DNA of 64,000 nucleotides from Glycera tridactyla (taxonomy: Eukaryota), in the NCBI GenBank assembly GCA_965644265.1, contig OZ286462.1, positions 71,176,001-71,240,000 of the forward strand. The letters run 5' to 3'. Made by a program: the position numbers and the translations under genes. Below, one piece after another: positions 51,990-64,000 of the stretch (position 1 is the stretch's first letter; each line of letters starts with the position of its first letter). Under the pieces are notes generated by a model. The model saw only the letters and a list, made by a program, of their open reading frames with translations. It was not told the origin of the DNA and did not search any database.

Positions 51990-52050
51990 GTGTGTGTGTG
52001 CCAGTACAATCTGGAAATATGTCTCTGACATGATTTCTATCACTAAAAAA

Positions 52051-52105
<55 letters not shown>

Positions 52106-52479
52106 GGCATTTGGAACACATTTCATGGACCTGTTGCCAGTACAATCTGGAAATATGTCTCTGACATGATTTCTATCACAAAAAAAATGTGTGTGAATGT
52201 GAGTGCCAGGTTTCGTGATACATTGACCTCTGGGGGTAACACACTGCCAGCGCTCTGGCTTAACTGCGTCCATTGCAGATCCATTTCAGTGGATCTGCCG
52301 TGGGGGAGAGGACAAGAGCGTTGGCAGTTTGTTGCTGGCGAGGGTGCAAAACTGGAAGGTTGATGGTTCAAATCCCATACAAGCCAAAAAATAATTTGGG
52401 CATTTGGAACACATTTCATGGACCTGTTGCCAGTACAATCTGGAAATATGTCTCTGACATGATTTCTATCACTAAAAAA

Positions 52480-52535
<56 letters not shown>
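51990..52535 (+). repeat. (TG)n-anchored repeat module, 3 copies
   Basis: gccagtacaatctggaaatatgtctctgacatgatttctatcac recurs near 52000, 52137 and 52429. A diverged relative lies at about 13735-13815. Confidence 0.85.
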
Positions 52536-52538
<3 letters not shown>

Positions 52539-53730
52539 CAAACAAGAAGATCAAAGTTAGCTTAGTTCTCTGAGAGAGCCATAGTAGCCCCAGTGTACTC
52601 ACTCTATGATAAAACGGGTTAGAAATGGCTCCCAGGTACTAAAAAGTGGAGTCATGCATCAATCCATCTTCTGAGGTGACAGCTAAGAGACTTACTAAAC
52701 CTTCATCAACAGCTTAATCTCTCACAGCCAGCATTTCTCCAAATGTTGATCTACCGCTAACACGCTCTTAGTGAGTGAAAAATATCCCCAGTTACTCTCT
52801 CAACACACATCCTAACATATGTGATCTCTGATTCTCAAAGCCATGACCTTTCAGTATTTTATTCTGATGACAGCTGAATGCCCTACCTGTAGATTTTTAA
52901 GGGACTGTAATTAAGGAATCCCGACTTCACCTGTTCCACAATGTTCAAGATGGGGTCTGACCCTAACCCAACCATTACCTTATCAACTCACATTGGAAAG
53001 CTTTTTTGAAACACTGTTCGTTGTGTGGTCGTCACACCATAATCACTACGTAATCACACATCCACAGTTTGAAGCTAACTTGTGCTTCCTATTTGCTGGA
53101 ACATAGGGAGAGTCAATACTTAACACAAAACAGGGGTTGTTCCTGGACATCAATATGGGTCTCTCCGCGATTTTTTCATTATGTCCAGAGGATGACCTTC
53201 AACATTCAAATTAACAATTCTGACTACATGCCATAAGAATGAACAAGTCAAGTGTGTATGTGAATGTGTGTGTGTGTTTTGACAACACCAGCACTTAATC
53301 TGGAGTCCTGAAACACAAACAGATTTTTACAAGCTGACATATCCTCCTCCGCCACTCACAACAGTAATTAAAGAAAACAGTTATTCACCCCTTGGCAGAC
53401 ATTTGTTTTGATTTTTGACACCATTTACCCCTGCATTCCCTCCTGGATTTATCTAGGTGTTGTTTGGATGAGTCACACTAAGTCACCCCACACTCACTAA
53501 CCCTCCCCGATGGTGCTAATTGCCCTGCCATGATCAAAAATATATTTACAATCTTTTCACTTCATATTGACAGTCAATTGTCGAAGGTGTCTTCATGATC
53601 TAGTAGCTGATAGGATACTGTAAATGTTTTCACCTACCAGGACCAGAGTCATAAACGTGTGAATTTATGGGACTAGATTCATGAAAGAATGTGTTTATGG
53701 CTAACAAAAATGTTAGTGAACACGGCATCC

Positions 53731-53815
53731 AATTTTGAAGGGGCAAAATTACTGAACATGCTTCCTTCAGAATTAAGACACGCACCAACAATCAGTTCAC
53801 TGAAGTCAACATATG
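53731..53815 (+). mobile_element. CR1/L2-type LINE ORF2 C-terminal remnant
   Basis: NFEGAKLLNMLPSELRHAPTISSLKS resembles the conserved 'SF...GAKLWNSLP..LK...SL..FK' tail of CR1/L2 ORF2. Confidence 0.55.
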
Positions 53816-54664
53816 CCACACTATACACATTCCGATTATTAGCCATTTTAGTACTGTTATATGAACAGAGGATGAGAATCGCTGTGACATTACAGAGAAT
53901 GCGTTCATTCTTGAAGAATGAAATGGAAGGGAATTTGTGGACTGGCATACAGATACTTGAAATAAATTGTGGCTGTTGATACAAAATATGCATATCAATG
54001 TGATGAAAATCAAGGGTAATCTATTGCATGAAGGCTTTTACTTGCAAGAGCTGAAAAACTGCTCTTTTTATATCATTTTAGGTCAATAGAGTGGGAAGAT
54101 ATAATTTTACGATATGCTTTGTTCTACTCTGCAGGATCTTCAAAATGAGCCTCTACTTCAGTTTTGATTCATTTCATATATAGAGATGTGAAACAAAAAT
54201 AGAGATCTTGGAATGTGGATGGACTGCAAGTATTCAGAATTCACGCTGATCTGACAGGGTACCTTTCTTCAATGATCGTATATTGGACAAAAGATACATT
54301 CACCTCTCACAGTAGGTGGACTGGAAACCTTTTATATTTTTAACTAGCCTATTCTCTTGCTTGCATGCTTCCACTATCAGGAGGTGTAAAATTAGCTCCA
54401 CTCCTCACACATTTATCAGCGATAACAACATTTTTCCCCTCCTCCATTTTTGAAGTCTTCCTCGAGGCCATCACTTATTTCAGTCACATCAATCATCGTA
54501 ATAGCACACCAGATGGAAGGCAGTTACCAGCGACAACAAGGATCCCCACGGGCACTTTTCAATAACCTTAAACTCTACGCCAAACCACATCAAAGAATAT
54601 CATGGCAAATCAGGGGCATAGGGTCCTATTTGTGACCATCCTAATACCTAGTGAAACAAACTAT

Positions 54665-54830
54665 CATTTTTTCTTCATGGGAAAAAGAGCATGCATTTGG
54701 AGAGCGTGATAATAAGCGGCAGACTGCACCCAGGTGGTACTGAGTGAGCAAGGGAGAGGTAAGAAGGATCGGATGACAAGTTTGGGGTCTCAAGGAGCAG
54801 GAAGCAGATGATGGCTGATGAAAGATAAGC
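54665..54830 (+). mobile_element. Possible RTE LINE 3' remnant
   Basis: Stop-riddled frame DNKRQTAPRWY*VSKGEVRRIG weakly resembles 'RLRWYGHV.RR...IG'. Confidence 0.25.
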
Positions 54831-55039
54831 ACTTTTACCAAGATGAAAACATCATGCAGCGCATGCTAATACACATGTGCATGTATACATCCATGTGTGC
54901 AAATGAACACCCCAGGGTTCCAACTGGCTGGTTGCTCACTAACCAATTCAAAGCTTTTGTGAGGTTGAGCAGATACAATGATCATGTCATTCAGTCTCAA
55001 TTCATATCATGTTGTGTACAATATATGAATGTCCAGTAA

Positions 55040-55225
55040 CATGTCGGTGCAGTCTCATGTCAGTGCAGACTCATGTCGGTGCAGTCTCATGTCAGTTCAG
55101 TTTTATGTCAGAGCAGACTCATGTTGGTGCAGACTCATGTCGGTGCAGTCTTATGTTGGTGCAGTCTCATGTCAGTTCAGTTTTATGTCAGAGCAGACTC
55201 ATGCCAGTGCAGACTCATGTCAGTT
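55040..55225. repeat. 16-bp minisatellite (catgtcggtgcagtct variants), about 12 units
   Basis: Read directly from the sequence. A 48-bp (3-unit) periodicity is visible in the translated ORFs. Confidence 0.9.
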
Positions 55226-56564
55226 CGGTCACATGTTAGCCTCTTGGGTTGCCAAGATGGCTGTGTACTATGTTCAATGTTCACTTTAGATCCATTGTTT
55301 ATTTTATTGAATATCTTTTTTTTTCTTCAAATGAATGATAGGACTCAAAGTGAAAACATGCATGTCAACCAAGAAATGTATCCTCTCTCATTGAGAGGGA
55401 TTGATTTTTTCACTTCTCCCAAATTAGATTCACTTCTCCCAGGATTTGAGAGAGTGGTGAAAATTGAAGACTGTATTCCACACTTTTTGAGCTCAGACAA
55501 AATCTCATTTGATCCATGTCAATGACTTCTTGATTAATTATGAGCGGTTGATCATGTGAAGCATATCATGCATGAAATCCAGCATGTAGATGAAAGGAAC
55601 AATTTGGCATTTCTCTATGAGAACCATTTAAAATATTTCTGATAGGATAGGTACACCCAGAAGTGACTGAGTTACAGGTCTTCACAGTAAACCATAGAAA
55701 CTCATCTTACTTGTGTCAATAAGGAATACATCTAAACTTCAGTGAGGAGTGATGGAGGGCAGATGCTGAAGCCTGTTGAGAGAGGGAATCTGAATCAAGA
55801 GCAAGGAAGCTCCGTTCTCAGCAGGAACTCCGCAGGAAGCCACCCAAAACACATCTGAACTTATAAAATACTCACCAGAAAAACTGACAGAACATCAGCG
55901 GTACGAAGATGAAGTGAATTCACCACCTCAAGATCAATGGAAGAACTCACTTAAGTGTCTGTGATATCCACATATTCATCTAATAAAAATGTTGCTTTTA
56001 CAAAGTACGAATGACCTTTCTCTTGTGTTTTTCTTGATGATGGAGGGATCAGGATAGGGCGTGTCTTTTTTACCATGTCTTTTTTACCGCCTATCATAGT
56101 CTGACTGACTGAATCAACAGAATAATTTGCAGTTTGCATTCACTGAATTCAAAAAGCATCTCTCAAAATTCATGGATATTGGAGCAATATGAAGGGTGAG
56201 AATGCTACTCTCATCCTGAAGTACAGAAGTCAGGGAGTACAGAAGCTGCTCACAACATTGCCCATCCTTAAAAACTGAACTCCAATATACATACTGCAGA
56301 ATACATAATATGATACTGTGCATTTATGAAACTGAATATGCACTTTTAGATGACATCACGCAAAAGGTGTGTGCTTCCATGAAATATCAATACCTATACA
56401 ATATCACAAATGTGCTTTTTCCTGATATCAGGTTGGAGCATAATCGGCATATTGGACCAAGAGTAGAGTAATCTAGACATACTAGCAAACCTGCTTGAGA
56501 GACCACCTCTATAGACAACCTCCTCGAGGAAATCAAGGGCAGTCTCTGTAGATAGGTCAAACTA

Positions 56565-56722
56565 CAGTGAAACCCGCAATGAGAGACCACCCTAAATGTC
56601 ATCAAAAAGTGGTCTCTCAAAAGAAGTGGTCTATCCTTGGAGGTATATTTGACCATGTCGAATAAAAATCCCTGAGAAAGTGGACTCGCGTCAGGGGTGG
56701 TCTCTCGTCGCACGTTTCACTG
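56565..56722. mobile_element. TA-MITE (GAGAGACCACC family)
   Basis: ta|cagtgaaacccg...cacgtttcactg|ta. Relatives lie near 3120-3270, 11950-12025, 16200-16365, 20010-20150 and 31470-31625. Confidence 0.82.
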
Positions 56723-58690
56723 TACATACTGGTTGTCTCTTCATCCATGATGGGATTAGAGTGAATATGCTAGCATTCAGTCATACCCTTCTGTCATGAA
56801 ATGTATTCAATTGCATGCAGACATCAGACATATTTATGACACAATGTGGTAGAATCGGTTTAGAAGCTCACTAAATGAAATGGTAGCTGATCTAGTAAAC
56901 ATGTGAGTAGGGAAGCAACATAATTCCTGTGTCGCAAGGTGGGCGCAACAATTGTCTCATTCTATTTCTTACCTATGGGACAATTTTGGGCTTGTGGAGA
57001 CTAATGTCTCCTATGTCCACTTGTAGAATGCTTGTGGTAATGAAAGCAATGAAACAATGAATACATACATATTTGATGCGATCTATGATATTGAACAAAT
57101 GGGAAAGGCAAAATACCTACATTGATACTTGGATATGATAACTAAAACATACCTAAAACAGAGAAAAGAGACATAGATTTAATGAGATTCTAGGACACTA
57201 TGTGCCGTATACTCAAGATCTATGAGAGCTGGGTGGTCTGTCCCCTGCATACATCACCCTAACAGAAACAAAACACAAAATGAGGACCAGCCAGAACAGT
57301 TGTCAAGTGGAAGTAGCTGCCAGCTCAGACACACCTCTGCCCTCATCATATTAAACATGTGTTAACATGTCAAATATCAAATTTCATGCAATTGTCATCA
57401 TTATGGAAGAGTTTGAGCAATTCAAGTATGATTCGTGACTCACCTTTATCCACATATATTGACATTCAGTAACTTCATACATGAATATGCCAATGACTAA
57501 TTTGAAACAAATGTCAGACTGCTCATTCAGTAGCAAACTGGTTTCTCAGAATGTACCTGTCATTTTGCACCTTATTTTGTACTCAATGATAATGATTCAC
57601 ATTGAAATAGCGATCAACAGATTTGTTGTGAAGTCACCTGAATCGTGACAAACTCTTATTCGGATGAGAGTCTATGTAGTCTGAGATGTATTGTTTCCTT
57701 ATTTCATACCTACCTTACATCTAAAACTCTTGGACTGACATCTGATTCTACCACTCCTCGATTCTCATCTTCAATCTTATACCAAACTCTTTCTGTCTTT
57801 CTCTGCCTATTACACTTAGTACTCATATCATATGGTATTAGTTATAGCTAGGGCTCGGTTTAAACTTCAGGAAGAAGTCGGTTGAATTGTTCCAGTAGAA
57901 ACATGGGCCAAAACATGCATATGATACCAACATCCATATGCAGAATGATAATTGATACATCCAGATCTTGGTGGTAGCCAAATTTTAGTCGTACAAATGT
58001 AAAAGGAAATGTAGTGGTTTGTTGTCTGGTATCCTTAGCAAGTTCACCCGACTTAACAAATACATTCTTTGGCAGGCCTTTTCAAGCTTGAGCTTTTCTC
58101 ATCTCCCAAGCGAGTATGCAACCACTGACACAGAAATGACTGCATGACTTGGCGCTCTACAATCACCATCACTGCCTATATGCCAGTTACCTCCACACAG
58201 AAGTGCCTACTCAGTGATTAGCGGCAGATCATGCAGATCTGTGTGATGGTGCAGGTCCGGTATGGAATTGTGAACATTACCCCCAACCAAGGAGGAACCC
58301 TGCTCACTGTACTGTGAACAGCACTGCTCAGTCGAGAACTGGAGTGTCTGCACCTACCACACCACCTGCAACTAGATTCTTGGTTATTGTATCTATTTTT
58401 GTCAAGTGATTCATATAGAGTTTTGTCATTCTGTTATTGTGTCAAAAAAAAGCTAGGCAGGCTGACCCATAAAACACAATATTACTTGGACAAGAAGGCC
58501 AAAATGGTGGCCAAGGGCCTGGGCCTGCCAACAATCCAAATACCTACTCTAGAGGTGGTCCATTTTTGCTCCATTTATGTGGATCCAGTACAGTCCAGAA
58601 ATATGGCATACCTTGAATTATATCAAGGGGAAAGAAATTCTGGGAATATCCACTATTGAGGAGAAGGAATATTCACCTCTTTATACAGTA

Positions 58691-58866
58691 CAGTTGAACC
58701 TGCTATAAAGGGCACCTGTATTAGGCAACCACCTGCCTTAAGCAACCACTTTTGAAAATCCCTCCAGAGTATTTCTCAATATAATTAACCTGCATTAGAC
58801 AACCACCTGCTTTAAGCAACCACTTTTCACTGTCCCAAGGATGGTTGCTGAATACAGGTTTGACTG
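58691..58866. mobile_element. TA-MITE, same family as 18254
   Basis: ta|cagttgaacctg...caggtttgactg|ta. Confidence 0.85.
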
Positions 58867-59351
58867 TAAATGCAAGATTCCAATCTTGGCATCATATGTA
58901 GAAAGCAACACCACATGACATGTCTTACAAAGATGAATATCTGTCAGACACTGGAATTCTCTGAGCTCATTCCATTTTCAAGGTTCGAAAAATACCTCAG
59001 TAATGATCATCAATGACAATTTATGTCTTTTGATAAATGAGGAACTGGAAACAAAGACCTCGATCTGAATAGATATCTAAATGTTTCAGATTTTGTGTGG
59101 ATTTTGTGTAAATGAAGTAGACCAAAATGCAATGAGAGCATGGGCTCAGTTGAGTCGGTTCCATTAAGAGATGGGTTGCATTAGTGGCTCACCTCTTATT
59201 ACACGTAGGAAATCGAGGTGATAAAAATAGTGCTGAAAGTGCAATATCTGGCCAGGATACTCTGACCCAGGTATCCTTCTTGTCACCACATCATGCAGGT
59301 CACTGCTATACTGAAAAATCACCTTTATCACCATTCAGCTTTTCACTACTT

Positions 59352-59918
59352 CAGTGTTCACGAAAAACCGTCGGTCCGTCGGACATGACCGACGTAAAAT
59401 TCTAATGTCCGACGAGAATCGCTATAAGCGCCGGTCACCGGGACCGGCGTCAACGAATCGAGGCTTATCCATCATTATTTATAGAGGAATTTGAGTGAAA
59501 ACGATCGTATCTTTGACAAATATTACACGCCGGCGCCATTTTGGTTCCGAAACCTGCGCAGATGCTTGGAAATCGTCTTCTGCGCACATTGTTGACATCT
59601 CGCGACGAGAGCCCCATGAAAGCAGGTCGCTGATTGGTCGATTCCGCCGCGATTTCGGCGATTTGGCCAATCAGGGACCGCGACAGTCCATTCTTTATCA
59701 CCTCCAGCGTTAAAGATGGCGCCGGGTCTTCCGAAAGTGATGAAACTCGCAGGCGAATCTGACAAATAAACTTCGTTTTCGCGACTTTTAAATGCAATCC
59801 AACAGAAATATGGCCAGAAGAGCCCGGTGTCCGACATACACCGAAAATGTCAGACATGGGAGCCTTTCCATGTCTGACACAATGTCAGACGTCGCCAAAA
59901 AGTTTTTCGTGAACACTG
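59352..59918. mobile_element. CAG-terminal CpG-rich MITE with apparent 5-bp TSD
   Basis: 17-bp perfect TIR cagtgttcacgaaaaac/gtttttcgtgaacactg. tactt flanks both ends. Confidence 0.85.
59534..59721. promoter_or_regulatory. Symmetric YY1-like / CCAAT / CCAAT / YY1-like motif cassette inside the MITE
   Basis: cgccatttt 59534-59542, ctgattgg 59630-59637, ccaatcag 59667-59674 and aagatggcg 59713-59721. These are motif matches only, with no activity data. Confidence 0.4.
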
Positions 59919-62136
59919 TACTTTTTCACTGATTTTTGATACTCAAACTGCACATGTGACATACCTTCAATCCTGCTTGAGAGTCCACCTCTACAAAGGT
60001 CACATGCCTACAATAGCCACCCTGGGCTGTGGTGGTGATAGTAGTTTGTACAGTGAACACTGAACAACCTCTCTGAAAGTGGCACCTGTCTGAAAAGAAC
60101 ACTTTTTGATGCAACCGAAGGTTCACTTTGTGGACAGGTTTGACTACAGAATCGAAGGCATTCAGACAGACCCCACCCGGCTTTGCTAGCCAGAATAATT
60201 GTATCAATACTGGACACCCAATTGATCCATTATAGATGGAACAAAACAATGGAGAATCTGAATGTATCTTTGAAGCATCTGACAGAGAAGCTGTTACAGG
60301 AGAATTCCCTTGACCTATACCTGTAGGTAGGTGAACCTGATCAAAGCTGGATGGCTTTGGACAATAGCGATTGGAATAAGTCATGCGATATCAGTCAATG
60401 ATCGCTTGATTATATCCTGTTGTGAACAGTTTTTTCAGCCTTGTCAGATAACCTGTAGACATAGACTTGCCCATTTTCTGACGTATGCTTGTCCATGTCT
60501 TACAATTAAGACTCAATTGTGATTCAAATCCTCCAACTTTATACAGTGGGACCTGTATCAAGCAAGCACTGTATTCAGCGACCACCTGTCTTAAGCAGCC
60601 ACTTCTGATACCCTGCTGGAGTATTTTCCAATATTATTCACCAGTATCAAGCCTATGAATGATGATTAGTACAAAATTCTGGTGGGGGGGGGGGGGGGGG
60701 GTCCATAAGCATCCTACCCCCATGTTGCTAAATGTGCTCCGCAGGTATCACCCTCTCTCTGCCTGGTACCTCATCTATCCATCTGGTCAGTCAGTAAGGG
60801 GTCTGGAGGTCAAAGCACTGCTATCAAGGATCAAGGGTCACTGATTTTGCTCTCATTTAGCCACCCCCTGTTATATACATCAACTCCTGAGTGCTATATG
60901 GTACCTGCTCTACCAGGTGGTCTGATATGAAGGGGATTTCCAATCGGTCTACCATTTATAATTGCAAGGTGATATATCCTTTGATATTTCATGATGAAAG
61001 TCACAGACATCCTACAATATGTGATAATTATAACCATTTGTCATATCATCATCATTATTACCATTATCATAATTATGACAAACATGATAAAAGCTCTGAG
61101 ACCATGGCGAGAATCAATAAATAGATGTTAATTAGAAGGAAGTCCATGAAATTCTTTGAATTCCAATGAGCTGAAGATAGGCATCACTTTACAGACACCG
61201 AACACAAGACAATGCAGAGCCAGAAAATCTGCTTCAAATGTAGAAAGGAAATACTACCAATGCACTCATAAATGATCAAAATCAAACGAAATACATGAAC
61301 CTATGTGTAGCACATTCAGCTCTGTAATTATGTAGCTGCTGAAAGGCGACACTCAAGCTTAAAGTAGTGTTTTCTTTCTCAAAATCTAAAATCATGATCA
61401 TACAAATCTGGTTTCGTACCTGAAGTGAAAGGTGCAGTAGACAAGAAACTATACAAGTGGAATTATCCTGGTGCCGTGGAATTGCTCAACTCCTGAAGGT
61501 ACAGTCACACTTCTGGGTTAGCCTGCTGAATCATACAGCAGTTTCGCTGGTTCCACATATCCGGCATTCATGCGACAAGGGTTAATGATTAAAGATGGTC
61601 ATTTTAGTGTGTTATGCGGTAATTGGTAAGATTCGCCTCTTTACTATGCTGGGTGCTACTCTGCCGCAATTATTTGTCAAACAAATGCGTTCATCACAAA
61701 TGCCAGCATTGATAAACATGCCAGCAAGAATTTCATTAAGTGAGAACTGGGACCTTTTTCAGTAAATTGAAGTCAGACTTGAGACTATACTAGTGGTTCT
61801 GAGTTTCCTGAGGCAAACCGTGACAGCAGGTACACTTGTTTTTAGGATACGATCACATAAATGCTCTGTGAAAGAGTCCTTGTACTCAGGCACTGTCCGC
61901 CCATCTGTTTGTATCCCTGCTGAATTATTCATCATTTGTCTCTGAATCATTCCATCTTTCTCGCCAACCTGTTCCCAGCCTCTTTCATCACCCATCCTTG
62001 AACTCTGTGGAAGGTTCTCTGACATTTTTATGCCCCCCAACCGAAGGTAGGGGGGGGGGGGCATACTGGATTCACTCTGTCCGTCTGTCTGTCTGTCCAT
62101 TTGTCCGTCTGTCCGTCCGTCTGTTAACAATTTTTT

Positions 62137-64000
62137 GCGGCACCTGGTGTGTCCAAGCTATTGATGCGAGAGTTTCCATTTTTGGTATGTGAATCACCCA
62201 TGAGGGGTAGATGTGCATGGGCATGTTATGTCGCCCCTACGACCTTTGACCTTGGGCCAGTGACCTTGACCTTGGAGATGGTCATGAAATCTTGTGGCAC
62301 CTAGTGTGTCCAAGCTATTGATGCGAGAGTTTCCATTTTTGCTATGTGGATTACCCATGAGGGGTAGGTGTGCATGGGCATGTTATGTTGCCCCTACTAC
62401 CTTTGACCTTGGGCCAGTGACCTTGACCTTGGAGATGGTCATGAAATCTTGTGGCACCAAGTGTGTCCAAGCTATTGATGCGAGAGTTTCCATTTTTGCT
62501 ATGTGGATTACCCATGAGGGGTAGGTGTGCATGGGCATGTTATGTCGCCCCTACGACCTTTGACCTTGGGCCAGTGACCTTGACCTTGGAGATGGTCATG
62601 AAATCTTGTGGCACCTAGTGTGTCCAAGCTATTGATGCGAGAGTTTCCATTTTTGCTATGTGAATTACCCATGAGGGGTAGGTGTGCATGGGCATGTTAT
62701 GTTGCCCCTACGACCTTTGACCTTGGGCCAGTGACCTTGACTTTGGAGATGGTCATGAAATCTTGTGGCACCTAGTGTGTCCAAGCTATTGATGTGAGAG
62801 TTTCAATTTTTGCTATGTGAATCACCCATGAGGGGTAGGTGTGCATGGGCATGTCAATTTGCCCCTACAACCTTTGACCTTGGGCCAGTGACCTTGACCT
62901 TGGAGATGGTCATGAAATCTTGTGGCACCTAGTGTGTCCAAGCTATTGATGCGAGAGTTTCCATTTTTGCTATGTGAATTACCCATGAGGGGTAGGTGTG
63001 CATGGGCATGTTATGTCGCCCCTACGACCTTTGACCTTGGGCCAGTGACCTCGACCTTGGAGATGGTCATGAAATCTTGTGGCACCTAGTGTGTCCAAGC
63101 TATTGATGCGAGAGTTTCCATTTTTGCTATGTGGATTACCCATGAGGGGTAGGTGTGCATGGGCATGTCATTTTGCCCCTACAACCTTTGACCTTGGGCC
63201 AGTGACCTTGACCTTGGAGATGGCAGTCTTCACGAAAAACCTTTTTAGCCACTCTCCCATCGGGAGAGCAGATTGGAAAAATCACTCTCCCGAAAATAAA
63301 TTCACTCTCCCGAATTTGTTCAAAAAGCGATGTGAATTCCAACTTATCCCTTATTTGACTCACTATCCAAGTAACACCAACCCATTTTTGCTCAAATACC
63401 TTCTTCAGAATCAAATATGTGCAGGTTTATGAGAAGTCATCTTGCAGGGAGTGGGTCTTTTGTTTTAGGAGGCAAAACTATTTCGTTGTCTTCACAGAAA
63501 TTTCATAACTTCCCGATCAACTGAAAAATTTACACTCTCCCATCGGGAGAATGTGTTTGGTCATTTAACTCTCCCGAAACCAAATTCACTCTCCCCGGGA
63601 TTCGGGAGAGTGGCTAAATTCGAAGACTGAGATGGTCATGAAATCTTGTGGCACCTAGTGTGTCCAAGCTATTGATGCGAGAGTTTCCATTTTTGCTATG
63701 TGGATTACCAATGAGGGGTAGGTGTGCATGGGCATGTTATGTGGCCCCTATGACCTTTGACCTTGGGCCAGTGACCTTGACCTTGGAGATGGTCATGAAA
63801 TCTTGTGGCACCTAGTGTGTCCAAGCTATTGATGCGAGAGTTTCCATTTTGCTATGTGGATTACCCATGAGGGGTAGGTGTGCATGGGCATGTCATTTTG
63901 CCCCTACGACCTTTGACCTTGGGCCAGTGACCTTGACTTTGGAAATTGTCATGAAATCTTGTGGCACCTAGTGTGTCCAAGCTATTGATGCGAGAGTTTC
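62137..64000 (+). repeat. 157-bp tandem satellite, 9 full units plus a partial unit
   Basis: Unit starts at 62137, 62294, 62451, 62608, 62765, 62922, 63079, 63648, 63805 and 63961. Confidence 0.97.
63224..63629. mobile_element. CAG-terminal MITE with perfect 6-bp TSD inserted in satellite unit 7
   Basis: agatgg|cagtcttc...tttagccactctccc ... gggagagtggctaaattcgaagactg|agatgg. Removing 412 bp restores the exact 157-bp period, and the element carries internal (a)ctctccc repeats. Confidence 0.92.

Larger units (their letters stand above)
2306..52534. repeat. Scattered simple microsatellites (span given; not contiguous)
   Basis: (CA/TG)n near 2306, 13185, 13629, 28299, 52052 and 52481, (AACC)n near 14170, and (AAC)n near 24092. 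Confidence 0.95.
62025..64000 (+). mobile_element. Helentron/HINE-like non-autonomous element with internal satellite array (runs off window)
   Basis: Starts at a T-run with the hairpin tatgcccccc-aaccgaaggta-ggggggcata, followed by a (GTCC/GTCT)n microsatellite and then tandem core repeats containing tgaccttgacc. This is the layout of DINE-1/HINE/pearl-type elements. Confidence 0.75.

Noticed and set aside
59465-59857. Overlapping 100-130-aa ORFs in a CpG island
   Set aside because: They lie inside a non-autonomous MITE, show no transposase motifs, and are open because of high GC.
60229-60327. Exon-like segment WNKTMENLNVSLKHLTEKLLQENSLDLYL*
   Set aside because: Two frames are equally open in purine-rich DNA, and there is no recognisable homolog or linked exon.
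61759-62130. 123-aa minus ORF with GWEQVGEKDG (START-domain-like)
   Set aside because: The N-terminus derives from the Helentron microsatellite, and the rest lacks further START features.
62137-64000. Regular repeat array as a possible CRISPR or coding repeat
   Set aside because: The units are 157-bp head-to-tail copies with no unique spacers, the length is not a multiple of 3, and the context is eukaryotic.

Overview
This is eukaryotic (animal) genomic DNA from a gapped draft scaffold with 8 N-runs. The repeat types suggest an invertebrate, probably a mollusc- or annelid-like lophotrochozoan (inference). I could not confidently identify any host protein-coding gene, RNA gene or CRISPR array. 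The long ORFs in the track are artefacts of microsatellites, N-gaps or repeats. The window is mostly intronic or intergenic DNA packed with non-autonomous DNA transposons. These include TA-flanked Tc1/mariner-pogo MITEs, an 8-bp-TSD hAT, several CAG-ended elements with 5- or 6-bp TSDs, a TTAA Kolobok-like element and a CACTG EnSpm-like element. It also holds a Helentron/HINE-like element carrying a 157-bp satellite array, decayed LINE fragments, minisatellites and long microsatellites. Three observations stand out. Two unrelated MITEs carry an inverted CCAAT pair with an identical 29-bp spacer, flanked by YY1-like motifs. A set of CAG-terminal elements has non-canonical 5/6-bp target duplications. 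An A/B higher-order pattern is emerging in the 157-bp array. A few isolated splice-flanked open segments are given as low-confidence exon candidates only.
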